Assembly: GCA_043228905.1 (NCBI GenBank)
Contig: JBHGNT010000003.1
Location: forward strand, 23,870,001 to 23,934,000
DNA length: 64,000 nt
Origin: Azolla caroliniana
Lineage: Eukaryota > Plantae > Polypodiophyta
Direction: 5' to 3'
The first letter of the stretch is position 1; each line of letters starts with the position of its first letter. The notes beneath the pieces were generated by a model. The model saw nothing but the letters and a program-made list of their open reading frames with translations, did no database searches and was not told where the DNA came from. The translations under genes and the position numbers were made by a program. Shown piece by piece: positions 1 through 21,675 of this stretch.

Positions 1-1473
1 AGGTTGTTCATGCTTCACATGTTATGCTGCATACATTGCACCAAACTACAAAACCATATTGTACGTTGATGTTCATATGGTTGCAGTTTGTATGTACAAT
101 ACAAGCCTGAGTGTAATGGTTAAAATGCACTTCTCTTTCGTCGGCTGTATCATTCACATGGAAGGACTGAACATTATATATTTATTTTCTATTCAATTAG
201 ATTCTCCATGACTATTATTTTATGAATTTCACATATCAACGGCACTTTGAAATCAAGTATTACCATGTTTATGTTAATGTTTGACATGTAATGTTCGTAG
301 AAATGGTTAAAAAGCATAACAAATTTCAATGAGAATTGCGAATGTCAAAAATAGTAATTTGTTATTGCTAAGTTGGATCATGTTAAAAATTGATGGTGTA
401 TATTTTCTTGTTTGATAATGAGTTGAGTTTGAAGTTTGAAGTTTCAATGGTATGCAAATGGTTTTTCTCTTCTTGTGGTTTCTCGCATTTGTCATTTGTG
501 TAATCCTTATGTAGGTTGTATTTTCTCCATGTTTATTCCCAAAAAAAGCTCATGGAATATTGCTATAGAAGTGGTCATTAGTGTAGACTTGTTGCAATGA
601 TAAATTTGTATTATTTCACAAGCTAGCTAATTTACAAGAAATAATTGCAAAAATATGAATGTCGCTTCGTGGTCCAAACTCTACAAACAAGGCAACAACC
701 ACACGGTCCCATCACACTCCCTACAAAAATTGGACTCTATTGAGTAAACAAAATACATATTTTTGGCTAAGTTCCAAATTAGTAAAGGAGTCAAGATGGA
801 ACTTTATAGATGTTTATGCATGAGAGGATATATATATATGTGTACATATGAAATCAACCAATAACAAAGTTGATCCATGACGATTCAAAGTGTGAATAAT
901 AATGATAAACTCATTCTGTTCTGTTCCATCCTTTCCTTTTTAACAAATCTATTTGCAAACGCTTAAAAGAATACGTGCAAGGGTCAATTATGCCACACAT
1001 ACGTAGAACAGAAATATATGACATAGACTTGTCATTCCTACGTAAAGTAAGCTAGTGTGTTAGGTAAACTCAGAATAAACATTGTGCCATCATGACCTAT
1101 GTTTCTTATTTGTGTTATCATGGGGAAGAATTTGTTAGGTCTTGGATGATAATGTGGGGAAATGAATTATATGCAAGTAGGAAAAGCAGCGGGAAAATAG
1201 TACATATTATTCACAACATGGATAGCTAGCTGAGGATCAAGATTTTGATGTTTTTGGGGTAGTTTTGTTTTGTTGGGCAATGGGGGGCTTCTGTAGTTGC
1301 TATGTGTAGTGTTTTTAAAGCTTTTGGAATTTCGTGAAAGCGCTAGATAATAGATATAACGTGGGAAATTTGAATTATCCACACAATTGGAAATTCGTGG
1401 AAATTAGTCACAATCATTATCCTTATCCTTAACACCCAAACATAAACAAAACGTGATGTACAGTCAGCCGCTT

Positions 1474-1494
1474 GCGTGGCAACGCTGACGTGGC
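1474..1494 (+). promoter_or_regulatory. Paired ABRE/G-box-like motifs (GCGTGGC, TGACGTGGC) upstream of the rhodanese gene
   Basis: GCGTGGC at 1474-1480 and TGACGTGGC at 1486-1494 lie in a GC-rich patch about 540 bp upstream of ATG 2025. TTAGGGTTT telo-box motifs occur at ~1657 and ~1743. Motif match only. Confidence 0.4.
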
Positions 1495-2024
1495 AGCCGG
1501 CATCTTTCGCGCCCTCTCTTTTTTTTTCTCCCTCTTTTCCATCACCGAAATGATCAAAATCAAATGAATAGAAAAAAAAAGCAAAAGCAAAATCAAACGC
1601 AATGAAAGCAACAGGAAGCCATCCAAGATTCTAGAATATAAGGCCGTTTTCGAATTTTAGGGTTTCAGAAATCACGGAAGTGCAGAAGAAAGAAAGGGAG
1701 GTGCAAGAAGAGACTGTTTATATCTTTTCTCCGTGTCAAATTCTAGGGTTTCAGAATAGAAGTAGAGCAAGGAAAGTGTTTCTTTCATGTGCGCGTTTTT
1801 TATCTGAATCATTGTATTCTCTCGATCCTCGCAAAGCAAGTTTTGGTTTGATCTTCGCGGACAAGAAGCTTTTCAAAGAGATAGAATAAGCTTTCTGAAG
1901 AAAGAAGAAGAAAGAGAACCTTTCAGAGGAAAGACCAGGAAGAAAGAAAAAGAAGTTCCGGAGAAGAAGAAGCTTTACAATAAGGAGAAGAAGAAAGAAG
2001 AAAATTTTAGACGAAAAAGAGGAT

Positions 2025-5000
2025 ATGGCAACTTTAAAAATTGTTAATGTTTTTTGCTCATCCGAATCCTCCCTGCATCTTCAAGGCCACCTTACAAATC
2101 CTTCCTCGTCGAATATTTTCTCCACTAATCATCATGTTTCTAATCAGTTCTCGGACAGAAGACTTCGAGTAATTGCCGACACTACTATTGCTCATCGATT
2201 CTATCATCCTTCTTCCGACAGAAGAACCAGGTAAAGTACTCTTAGCTCATTTATATCCTCTATTAATTTCAGTGTTTTAACCAAGCTTGTTGATTTTTTC
2301 TCTTTAGTTCTTCTTTTTAAGGGTTTCGGCACTCTTCATTTGACTATATGATTGCTTCGTATGCTTTTAAGTTTTCTATAAACTTAGCTCTAAATTCGCT
2401 TTATAGGGTTTACTTGCGTATCTTTTCTCATTATTTCTTTTTCATGCGGTTCCTTCCCTTCTTGCTTTATATCAGGATTGCTTTAGATCTGTCTTTTTCT
2501 GTCGATCTTATTTTTTCGATGACATTGTGCAGATTTTCACATCGTCAGCTCTGTGATCGTACCTTCCATCTTTGTTTTATTTCTAGGTTTGTATTAGGTT
2601 CCTGTTTTCCTGTAAAGTCCAAGGCTTTAAGTTTTTCCGATCTTTTTATTCAGCAGTTCTTTCGTGGTATTCTGCTTTTGGTAAGTTTTAGTCATTATGT
2701 TTTCTTATGCTGTTTTTCCATGGCTCATTCGTTCCTAATTGATCTCTACCAGTTGTTTTCTTTTTCTGTAAAACATAGTCTTTAGCTTTTCTGCGCATCT
2801 TTTATCCTAAGCACTTCTATTATATCCTCAAATTGATTTGTCTTGCAGATTAATTTAGGTCTTTGATTTATCTATCAGCACTTTCCTTCCTCTAAATCTG
2901 AAGGTTTTTTTTTGTTTTCTTTGTGCTTAGGTAGTCTTTGATACACAATGTCTGGTCGATGTTATATTTCTTGCCAGTTCAAACATGGCTCCTATTTTAT
3001 GTTAGAATGGAGCTTGTTTCTTATTTTTTGTTTAGATCTTCTGTTTTTGTATCAATGCTTTCTTTTCTTGAAATTAAATTTGTCTTAACTGTTTACTATG
3101 TATGGCTCTTGTAGATTAAGAGAATTCTCCATCTCTTTCTGTATTAGTGCTTCCTCAAACCTTGAAGTTCAGCCTTGTTATTCTTGTGCTGACTTTTGCT
3201 TCCATTTTTGTTAAATGCTTTTTCTCTCCCAAATTCTGAAGATCGTAATTGTTTGTCTAACTCATAGTATGCATGGTCGAGTCATCATTCATATATTAGT
3301 GTGCTCTTTTCAGAAAAATGGAAGCTTTTCTGTCTAATTCTTTATTATATATGTTCAATGTAGACTGAAATTATAATCATCCTTTGTTTTCTGTATTTGT
3401 GCTTTCTTTTCTTAATTGGAAGATTTTTGTGTTTGACACTTTACCATTGTGGTTGAAATAGTTTTACACTATCCTTTATCTGCAACTCTTTACATTGTTG
3501 GGGTGCAGTAGATTGAGAGAATCATCCCTATTTCTCTGAATTCATTCTTTCTTTTCCAAGAGTTTGTTCTATGTTTTTATTTAAGGTTGTTGTTTTTATT
3601 ATCAATCAAAGTAGATTGTGAAAATAATGTTTTCTTTTTTGTTTTTATGCTCTCTTTTCCCAGAATTTGATAGTCTTCTCTGTTTGTGTCTTGATTTTTT
3701 TCTATATCCGGTTGGTTTAGGTGGAAAGAATTGTCATTCTGTCCCTGAATTAATGTTTCTCTTGCTCAAAAGTTAAGTTCTTCATCATGTGTCTAACTCT
3801 TTACTCTATGTGGCCGGGGTAGATTGAGATGAAAATGGTGCTTCTTTGCTTTCTTTCCTCAAAATTTATGTCCAACTCTTTACTATGTTTGATTGATATA
3901 GATTGAGAATCTCTGAGAAAGTCATCCAACACTCTCCTATCAGGGCTGTTCCTGTCCAAGTAGCACATGAGCTTCTCAATGCAGGGCATCGGTTCTTGGA
4001 TGTGAGGTATGGATACCATGATCTGATGTATATGTAAGCATGATTTTTGTATCATGTGGCAAAAAGATTCTAGTATCCAACATTATTGCTCCATATCCTT
4101 TTAGCTCATGTCTCTTCTTTCAATTGGAAGAGCTTTGTTATTGGATAAAATATGTTTGATCACGTTTTCCGGTTCATGGAATTTGTGTGGAAGCAATGGA
4201 ACAGCATGTGGTTATTTTGTTTAAGAGAACATGGCAGACATTTTTTATTTGTTGTCCTCAGGACTGCTGAAGAGTTTGCAAATGGCCATATTGAGGGTGC
4301 AATCAACATACCGTATATGTTTAAAGTTGGCTCAGGTAATCATGAAAGATATATGATGATTGAATGTTTCATACATGTGTGTAAACGTATGAATCTCTAT
4401 TGCATATGTGCATTTGGCTCATATTCCTTGTTTAACTGAACTCCACGAAGAACAGAAAAACTTGCTTCATGGGAACTGTACTCAAATGGTAAAAAATGAT
4501 TGAAGAGGATTGTAAATGACAAATGGACACATGGTTAATGTTAATTGGGTTTCGTCACAATTTATGAACACCCTTGATTCCAGAATGTATTTATTTGAAA
4601 TATCAATGTGACACCTAATTCTTTCTTGCACTTTTATCAAACTTAAAAAATTAAATGTGTTCCATAAAGGCTTGCAAATGCTAGAAACCTTCTTTTATGT
4701 TTGATATGGCAGAAGGCTTTGTAGTGGCATGGAATGTGCATGATTTGAATCTCACAGTTGCACAATGAATGGTTTGCTTCTAGGAAGTCTGTCTAGCTTT
4801 GATCATTCTTTTCACCATTCAAAGCACTCATTGGATGTGAACCAGATAAAAATTTGTTTTTTGTAGCAGGAACGACAAAAAACCTCAAGTTTTTGGAAGA
4901 TGTCAAGGAAATGTTTGGATCAGATGATGAAGTTGTGGTGGTAGGTTGACTTGAAGATTTGCATCTATTATATGCTTAATCTAAAGTATTCTTTCTAATT

Positions 5001-5725
5001 AGTAGTTTGTAGGAGCTGAATGATGCTTAAATTGTTTTGAATGCCAGGGCTGTGAAATGGGGAAACGTTCACAAATGGCTGTGTTAGAGCTAGTTTCTGC
5101 GGTAAGAACCACATGCATCTACTGCAAGGATTGTAACAACAAATGCATCTATATTTTTGTTATTAATGGAACACAGATCTCCTGCACAAACATCTTGAAA
5201 GGAATGTATGAACATGGATTTGTGTTCCAAGATGTCTATTTGAATTTTGCATTAGGATGCACTTCTATGGATTTGAGTTCCAGAACACGATATTGAATAG
5301 TTCCATAAGATACTTAAATGGATTTGAGTTCCAAAACTCCATATTGAATGGCATTGCAAAGTTCGGTATATTTGATACCAGCATTGCCTCTGTATCTTTT
5401 ATGCTTATGTAGATTGAATGGAAGTTTTCTTTTTTGCATTTTTCTACTATATATTGAATAATGGCAAGACTAGGGCTGTATAATTCATAAATTTGGTATT
5501 GTTGGCAAACCAGCGTTTTCTAATATTTATGTATTTGTAGATTTCAAGGAGATACTTTTTTGCATTTTGTCATTAGTAAGGCACTCCAATGGATGCACAA
5601 AAATAGGGCATAACATTGTTGACTTAAAATTGTTTCCATGTTTTCAGGGTTACACAGGACTGACTGACATGGCAGGTGGCTATTTGGCTTGGGTGCAAAG
5701 TGGGATGCCTACTGTAGATGTTTAA
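2025..5725 (+). CDS. Single-domain rhodanese/sulfurtransferase (STR15/STR16/SEN1-like) with probable transit peptide; 6 exons
   Basis: GT-AG exons at ~2025-2230, 3902-4006, 4262-4335, 4870-4940, 5048-5101 and 5648-5725 join in frame. The product reads AVPVQVAHELLNAGHRFLDVRTAEEFANGHIEGAINIPYMFKVGSG...VVVGCEMGKRSQMA...DMAGGYLAWVQSGMP, with the catalytic Cys loop present. Confidence 0.9.
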
Positions 5726-7834
5726 AACTAAAACAACAATAATGGTTGGTTTCATTTTCACCTTAGAGCTCCACTTAATTGTTCTTGTATAGAATAGAAA
5801 GGTGCAGAAGTTAAAGCCTTCTGAATATCGAGCTTATTTAATGGCCTCGGAATGTTGTACATATCTTTTCTCTCTATGATTGTAAAGCTGAAGAAACTTA
5901 ATTCAGTTTCAAATCCCAATCTTTGAAATCGTTATGTCATGCATGACATGGATGCGCTACATATGGGCTTAATACCCTGTAAATTTATAAGATAACTGAC
6001 TGAAATGCAGGCAAAGTCACTTGTGATCATAACAACTAAAGTATCATCACTTATTGAAACACACTTGTACCTTATCGTTGCTTATTGAAACACAGTTGTG
6101 CCTTATCTTGTAAACAGTAACAGTGTTTTTGTTAATCATGTAATTTGGGTACAGAAGAGGTAAAGAACCATAAATCCTAATCATCATATCATTGACCATT
6201 TAAGTGAAATAAGTTCCATGATCTATAGTTACTGGTACTTCAATATGATATATTGCTGAATTTTTTGCGGGAAGGTGCTTAGTCAAACTTTGATGATGCG
6301 TATCATGATGCCATAAATTGATGAGGTTTTTGTGGTTCATGATATTGCCTCAAACTCCATTAATCCTGATGTAGGAACTGTTTTTGTGATTACTTTCCAA
6401 CTCAACAAGTTGAAATCTCTGCTTGTTTGAATCACTATATACACGTACAGTGATGGACAGTTATAATGTTATGTTCCCTCATTACTTCCAACATGAATTG
6501 GAAGCCACAATACATCTATTAACACATTAGAAATACAAACAATGAAATATAAACTCTATGATGATGTCTTTTTTGATCGACAATCCCTCGTGGGCCCAAG
6601 AAGTAAGATCCCAAATCTAATTTATTAGGTATGTTGCTCATAAGGCTTTAGTGTTATACTATTCTCCAACAATGATAACCAATGTGTTTTTATACATAAA
6701 TATGTTTTAACTAATAGGTTTTATTACAAGAACTCTTCATACTTTAGACTTAGTAGGATTGATGTGTCCACCACAACCAAGCCCTCAAAAGTATTAATTT
6801 GCCATTTGAATTGAAAGGCAAGCACCATTCAATAACAATGAAAGTATGCTCTGGAGGTTGAAATTGGTACATTAGTTCAAAAACCAAACACAACTCCATG
6901 AAACACATTTAAATACTTATTGTTCATTTATAGAAAGCCAACAATCAAAAGCATGTGTTGAATTTTGGATAACATGAATTTGTATCATGAAAGAGAGCTC
7001 ATATAAGTTGAGAGACCATTTCAACCCAATCTTAGCCTTAACCTCATGTTTACTTATTTTGGAGACAACCCACATTTGGGAAAGATGTTGCGTCATAATT
7101 GCCAAGACTCAAAATTTCACCTTAAAATTGGATTTTGTATAATCTAAAAAAACTCACTTCTTTAAGGGACAATATGTACGATTGCCAATTTGTGTTGACA
7201 AGATATCTATATCAAGTTTGGATAACATAAGCTGAAACATGAGTAGGTTATTTGAAGAAGAAAAACCATTTCATGCTTAAATAAATCTTTGGTGTAGAGT
7301 AGAACCACTCCAACTTGTTGTGTTTTTTAATACTAATGTAGTACCTTTTTTTGGAAAAAAAACACCATTTCATGCTTGTTTGGATCGTCTCGTCAATAGT
7401 GATACTACATGAACACACTTGTGCCATATCTAGATTGTTAAACTCATGTCAAGTAAGTTAAAGGTGATTGATCATCTTTGTCGTGTTCTAGAGTGAACGA
7501 ATGAGGAAACTGTGCCAAGTAAGACTAAACTAGAAAGCAACACCAATGAACAACGAACCTTTCCGGCTAATTATGTCCACTCACTAGATGACTAAGAATG
7601 TTTAGTTCGAGAAATGATACATCCTCGAAGAATCATTAGTAGTATTATTAGTGTAATTAATTACTTTACCAGAGATTAAGTTCGTTGTTAATAATTAATA
7701 ATTAATAATGATTTAATATATCAGAAAAGACAAGACAAGACAAGACTCAGTTCTTCTGTAAACTCGAAGATATTTTTTCTCCTCTGAGAAAGGGAAGAGA
7801 ATAAACGAAAGAAAGAAAGACGAAGAAGAGAATT

Positions 7835-13734
<5,900 letters not shown>

Positions 13735-15867
13735 TGTCATTTGAATTTATACCATTAATGTAATAATAAAATCATGATGGATTTCATGAATTAGTTTTAT
13801 ATTGCAAAAGTGCAGAAATTGTTTTTATTGAAATCCACATAAAGAGTTGTTGGAAGCAAGCCTCTTCTCCTGTGGATCTACTTATATTTCTTCTTATAGC
13901 TGATGCTCATGTAAACTCTGACCACATAATACAGTGGACAGGTGTGACACAGCCCATGTTTGTAATGGGATATAACGTTGTTGAAATAATTGAATTAGCA
14001 CACCCAGGATAGTCTATCTATATGAAACACATCTTATAGTTCGCTGCCGGTAGGATGTAGAAGAACGCTACCAAAACAACAAATGAAAACTGTCATGCTA
14101 GACATGGATCGAAGTAAAGATCACTTGTACATGGATGAATCTTCATTATGTCATGCATGTTCATATGATTACTTGGTACCAAATGATAGAGGATAGCATT
14201 AAAGGACTCAATGAGAGATGCAAGATGTAATGGAACATTTCAGCACTAATAAGATGGTATGACAGCTTGGTGGTTTGTCAATGTCACATTATGCATATAA
14301 GACATCGACTAAAGCTTGCCTATATTTATTGTACATGTTAATATATCAGCAGCAGCAGCAGCATCTATCTTATGCCAATCAGTATTCAGATTTGCATTCT
14401 CTACCACTGGTCTCATCTTACACTATGAGAGATGACTGAACAAAATCACAAAGGAAAACAATGAATGTGGCTGTTTTTAAGATTTTTGTAAGGCCTTTGA
14501 TACCATATGACCACAATGTTACAAAGATTCCAACATGATGGCGTGGCATATGTTTTATATGAGCAAGGATTGGAATAAAAGGTCATTACAAGCACCATGC
14601 TCTTCTTTAGATTGTTACATAATCTTGGTCATGTAGAGTATGTAACTTTGGCATCTACAATGATGATGCTTCTGTCCACAACATTGGATACAATAGTTCT
14701 CCAGTAGTCGTGATTGTACGGATGACATTGAGCCCCTCTCATCAACTCAAATTATGTTTCATTTGTTTGAGCCATCAAATCAGAGACAACAATAGGTGAG
14801 CCATCAACAACAATGGCCTTGAAATTGGGAATTTCTCACCTTGTTAATATTGTACACCTCAAAATGATGGAAATAATAAGGCATTGTAGACTCAAAAATG
14901 ATTTCATGAGGTTCTCAAAGAATGGAAGTGTATTGAGACCATGATAGATCATTATCTACATGTCACTATCACCTCACAAAGCTTTAGGCCAACCTGAGGT
15001 CAAGCATGATGGGGACTTTGCTACTTCGGTGGCAAAAGGACTTTGCAAGTAATGTGAGGAGAGGTCAAGAGTGAGGAGCAAACTTGGCTTTTTAGAGCAA
15101 AAAGTCTTTGGAAGTTATGTGAGGACAGGTAAAGAGGGAAGAACACTTACTGTGTAGATGCCCAACGTACTAGCACATAAGAAAGTAAGTAACCATTCAA
15201 CAACTAATGGAGAAGCTAATCCACTTGACATTTTCCAAGGCTTGCTCAGACAGAATGCAACCCTTTGGTGGACACACACTTCCACTTGCAATGTGTTGAA
15301 GAGTCATCAATATTGGGATACAGGCAGATCGTAGAGATCATTATTCACGACATCTAATTTGCTCGAGGACAACCAGATGCCCCATAAGTATGTTCCCTTA
15401 CTACCATTCATCGACCGCAAGAATCATCGCAATTCAGGTTTTATTTTTGTTTCAGCGTGCGTGGATAACTTGGATAATTTGCAACACTGATTTAGGCTTT
15501 TATATATCGCTGTCTTCATTCATTAAAATATCCTTCCAAAAAGTCAATTCATTACTAATTAAGAGAAGGCAAAGGAAAGCCCAAACATAATAAACACTAT
15601 AATGAGTCTCCAAACCAAGAGATATACAAACCCCCTAAACAACAAGATCATCTTCTAAAAGTGATCACCTAACTACACACCAACACTACATAAAAAGAAT
15701 CCATATGATGAAAAGCTCCCCAAAGAGAGCTATGATACAAAACCCCAACACATAATCAAATCATTATAGGTTCACTAGTGGGCACACATTACCCATACAC
15801 GCCAACACTACGAATAAAGAATCCATATGATATGTACACACGAGCATTGTCCCGTTTTCTGGTAGTC

Positions 15868-18324
<2,457 letters not shown>

Positions 18325-18444
18325 TGCCGAAGATCAGAGAAAGAATGAGAAACACAGAAAAACAGAGAGATAAAAATAAATCCGAGAACTGTTTCTTTCT
18401 TTTTCCTTTCTTTCTGTTGCATTTTGAGGATATAGGTTTTCTGT

Positions 18445-18812
18445 TTATATTAGGGTTTCCTGGTGCATTGAATGTGGTCATTGATCGTTCTTTCTGTATA
18501 CTGCGCCACAGAAAACAAATTTGTCTTAGCGTAGGATTCGTGGAGGGCAGTGAAAAAATAAAAACAGAAAAAAATAGAAGCCCTAATTTGTCGAGAACTT
18601 AATTTTTTAGAGCCTCTAATTTCCCGGAAACCACAGGGGCAAACTAGCCCTATTATTCAGAAAACCCTAATTTGAGGAGACAGTCCAGCTTACAGAAAGC
18701 CATAAAGTTTCAGGAAAATCCTAATATCCAGTAAACCCTCATTTTTGGTAATAAACACCTCCTCAACGTTTACTGTTTTTTAGTAAAACCCTAATTTCTG
18801 GGGAAACCCTAA
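18445..18812. promoter_or_regulatory. Cluster of telo-box (AAACCCTAA)-like motifs upstream of the cysteine protease
   Basis: TTAGGGTTT at ~18451; (A)AACCCTAA at ~18662, ~18787 and ~18804; degenerate copies at ~18580, 18717 and 18733. Confidence 0.45.
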
Positions 18813-19044
18813 CGGAGTCGTTGAGAGAAGAGAAGAACAGAAAGACCGAAACAATGAAGCAGCACTGCTTTGGCGGGAACAATTCCAAGAAAGGACAAAG
18901 ACAGATTCCAAAGATTCTGGAAGTATGTACAGGAATAAGATGCAGAATCTTTCTTCGTCTTGTAAAATTGTATCAATCCAAAGTTTGAAAGGCAAGGTTT
19001 TTTGCTTTTGGATGGTAGTAAGAAAAGATATGGCCTCCATATCT

Positions 19045-19730
19045 TTTCTCCAATGCCATAAGTACATGCCCGAGGTACATATAGGGACGAGACATGCATG
19101 TAATGGTCTTGGTATACGGGATTCAGAACACATCATATAATGCACACGAGACATGCGTGCAACGGGTCATGGTATGTATCTTTGAACACATCACGTGGAG
19201 GACACATGCGTGCAATGAGTCATGGTATCAAAACACATTGTGCAGACAAGACATGTGTGCGAGATGATGGGTCGTATTATCAGAACACATCAACCAGACA
19301 AAACATGTGTGCGATTAGGAGTTGGCAACGGTTCCTTAACCAGTGTAGGCAAGGGCAAGGGCAAGGGCAAGGGCAAGGGCAAGGGCAAACCAATTGAGTC
19401 GAAACCGAACTGTTGTTGCCGATTCCTATGTGTGATGGGTCATGGTATAAGAACACATCGAGCAGACAAGCCATGCGTGCGATGGTCATGGTATTATAAC
19501 ACATCGAGTGGATGAGACATGCATGTGATGTGTCATGGCATAGGAACACATTGTGGGGGTCGAGACATGTGTGCGATGGTCGTGGTATCAAAGCTCATTT
19601 TGAGGGAGACAAGACATGCATGTGATTGTCATGATATTGGAGACACAATGAGGTAACAAAATATCTGCACAATGGTCATAGTAACAAAACACATCAAGGT
19701 GACAAAACATGTGTGCTATGGTCATGGCTT
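19045..19730. repeat. Degenerate minisatellite (~45-bp unit) interrupted by an insert containing (AAGGGC)6
   Basis: The unit GAGACATGC(A/G)TG...ATGGTCATGGTAT..GAACACATC recurs about 12 times. (AAGGGC)6 lies at 19351-19386, and an outlying unit is at ~19855. Confidence 0.85.
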
Positions 19731-21675
19731 CCATTAGCATATCATTTTATTTATTTAACATGGCATTGTGCTAAAGTTTTTTGCTATGCGGAGCTTTTGG
19801 AGAAGATTACTTAATATGTTGCCTCAAAAACTTTCCCTCTCCAAATCAAGGGGGTGAGACACATGTATGATGGTCATTGCCACCACTCATAAATCATTCA
19901 TTAAAATGGTGTCATGTTTAGCTTTTTATCGGGCAGAAATTTCGAAGAAAATCTGATGATACCTTATCCCCCAAAGGCGTGGGAATCCAATAATATTTGT
20001 TTCTACATGGGGACACTCCAAAAATAATGTTGATGCTCCATGATGGTAGCAATATAAAGATGATTTGTAATAAACATCCACTACATAATTCAAATTGAAT
20101 GGTCAACCCATATGCATCATAGGATCGAGAATCCAACAAAAAATAATAGTTGAAAAAAGGGTGACAATTTAAATCTACATGAATACTCTATGACTCATAT
20201 ACTTTTCTAGCAAAATTACAACTTGAGCGAAGACTATTATTTTCCATTGCATTGTAGCTATTTGATCTTGGAAGTTGGTACTATCTAAAGCTAATGTTTA
20301 TTAAGTATGTCATACATTTTCTTGCCCTTTTCGTAATCTCCCACCACTGTATACTAAGGTCTCGCCCATATTTTACAATTATACTCAATGATTTGGTGTT
20401 CTCTTAAATAATATGTATGATGCTTTGTAACTCATCTCCATCTTCTTTCAAATGACATATTGGTCTGTGTAATATTTCACATTCTAATAGTGAATTAAAT
20501 GGACAAGGAATCATTGAGGTCACATTGGGCTTTTGACAATGGAATAATGTAATGAAGATCACAGTGGCATCAATTTATTATATTCACCCTCATATTCTCT
20601 CTTTTATGAAAATCTTTACCTTCCAATGGTATCAGGGTTATACACGACAAAAAATAAACTTTCATTGGTGACATGTTTAACGAACAAATCTTACACAACC
20701 ATGAAACCACTTCTAAGTCAATGGAGAGCATGAAAATGTAAATTAAGTGTCATTGTTGTAAAGATTAAAGTTAACTTAGAATAAATGCCACATTTAGAAC
20801 AAGATCAGGAAACTATGGATGGAACGGCCAATTATAATGAAAGTGTTAAGTTTATTAATAGATACCGATGATTGAGCTTTACATGAATGACAAATACTTC
20901 ATGGTACATTGTTTGATTGGTGAAAATTTGCCATTTCTTTATCCCTCATACCAAATATACCTACTCCTACATATTCTACAAACATGTATGTTAATCTAGA
21001 ATGACTGAAGATATCATGATTAAAAAAACAGGCTGCATTCTATCCATATTCTATTCCACTCAGTATCTAGAAATCAAAATGCATATAGAAGACGACTATT
21101 GCATCCTCTTATACCAAAAGAACCTATTACATGATTTATCATGTTAGCACCACCAACGATCTTGAAAGGGGCATATTTCATCATTTACCACATTGACAGC
21201 AAGGAAGATCTTGAAAGGATGGTATATGAGGGTTCAATTCGATGAGGACTTCAAACTTTTTCCCACGCAACCACTTTGGTTTTCACAATATGTGATTGTA
21301 AAAGCTTAAATTTCACCGGTTTATCTTTGCTATGAACCCTCAGCTATACAAAAGTACCATGATGAAAAACCTTGCATACAATTCTAAAGGGCATCGTCCA
21401 ATTCTTTGTAAATGTCTTGTGGCATATAAAAAATTGTATATTTGAGCAGACACAGATAATGGATGTACCATTTTTAAGCATTACACATTGTGCATTTGTA
21501 CATACAAAAAGCACATGGATTGATTTTATGTCCAATTTTAGATTTTTTCCCCAAAGACCTCAAAAGATTACATGTCACAAAAACATAGTTATGTAATACG
21601 TTGTTTTCAGAAGAATGAAGGTTTTAAAAGAAGCTCAAAAATCAAGACATGTATTGCCAAGTAATGTAACAGAAA

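Noticed and set aside
1-1400. Short ORFs in the AT-rich left end
   Set aside because: No recognisable coding or TE motif could be supported by eye
2348-2785. 145-aa hydrophobic ORF
   Set aside because: It is a T-rich stretch of rhodanese intron 1
19140-19591. ORFs with GQGQ/GKGK/CPCP repeats
   Set aside because: These are translations of the (AAGGGC)n microsatellite and the minisatellite
19045-19730. Regularly spaced repeats resembling a CRISPR array
   Set aside because: The whole unit is degenerate with no unique spacers, no cas genes are present, and the context is eukaryotic
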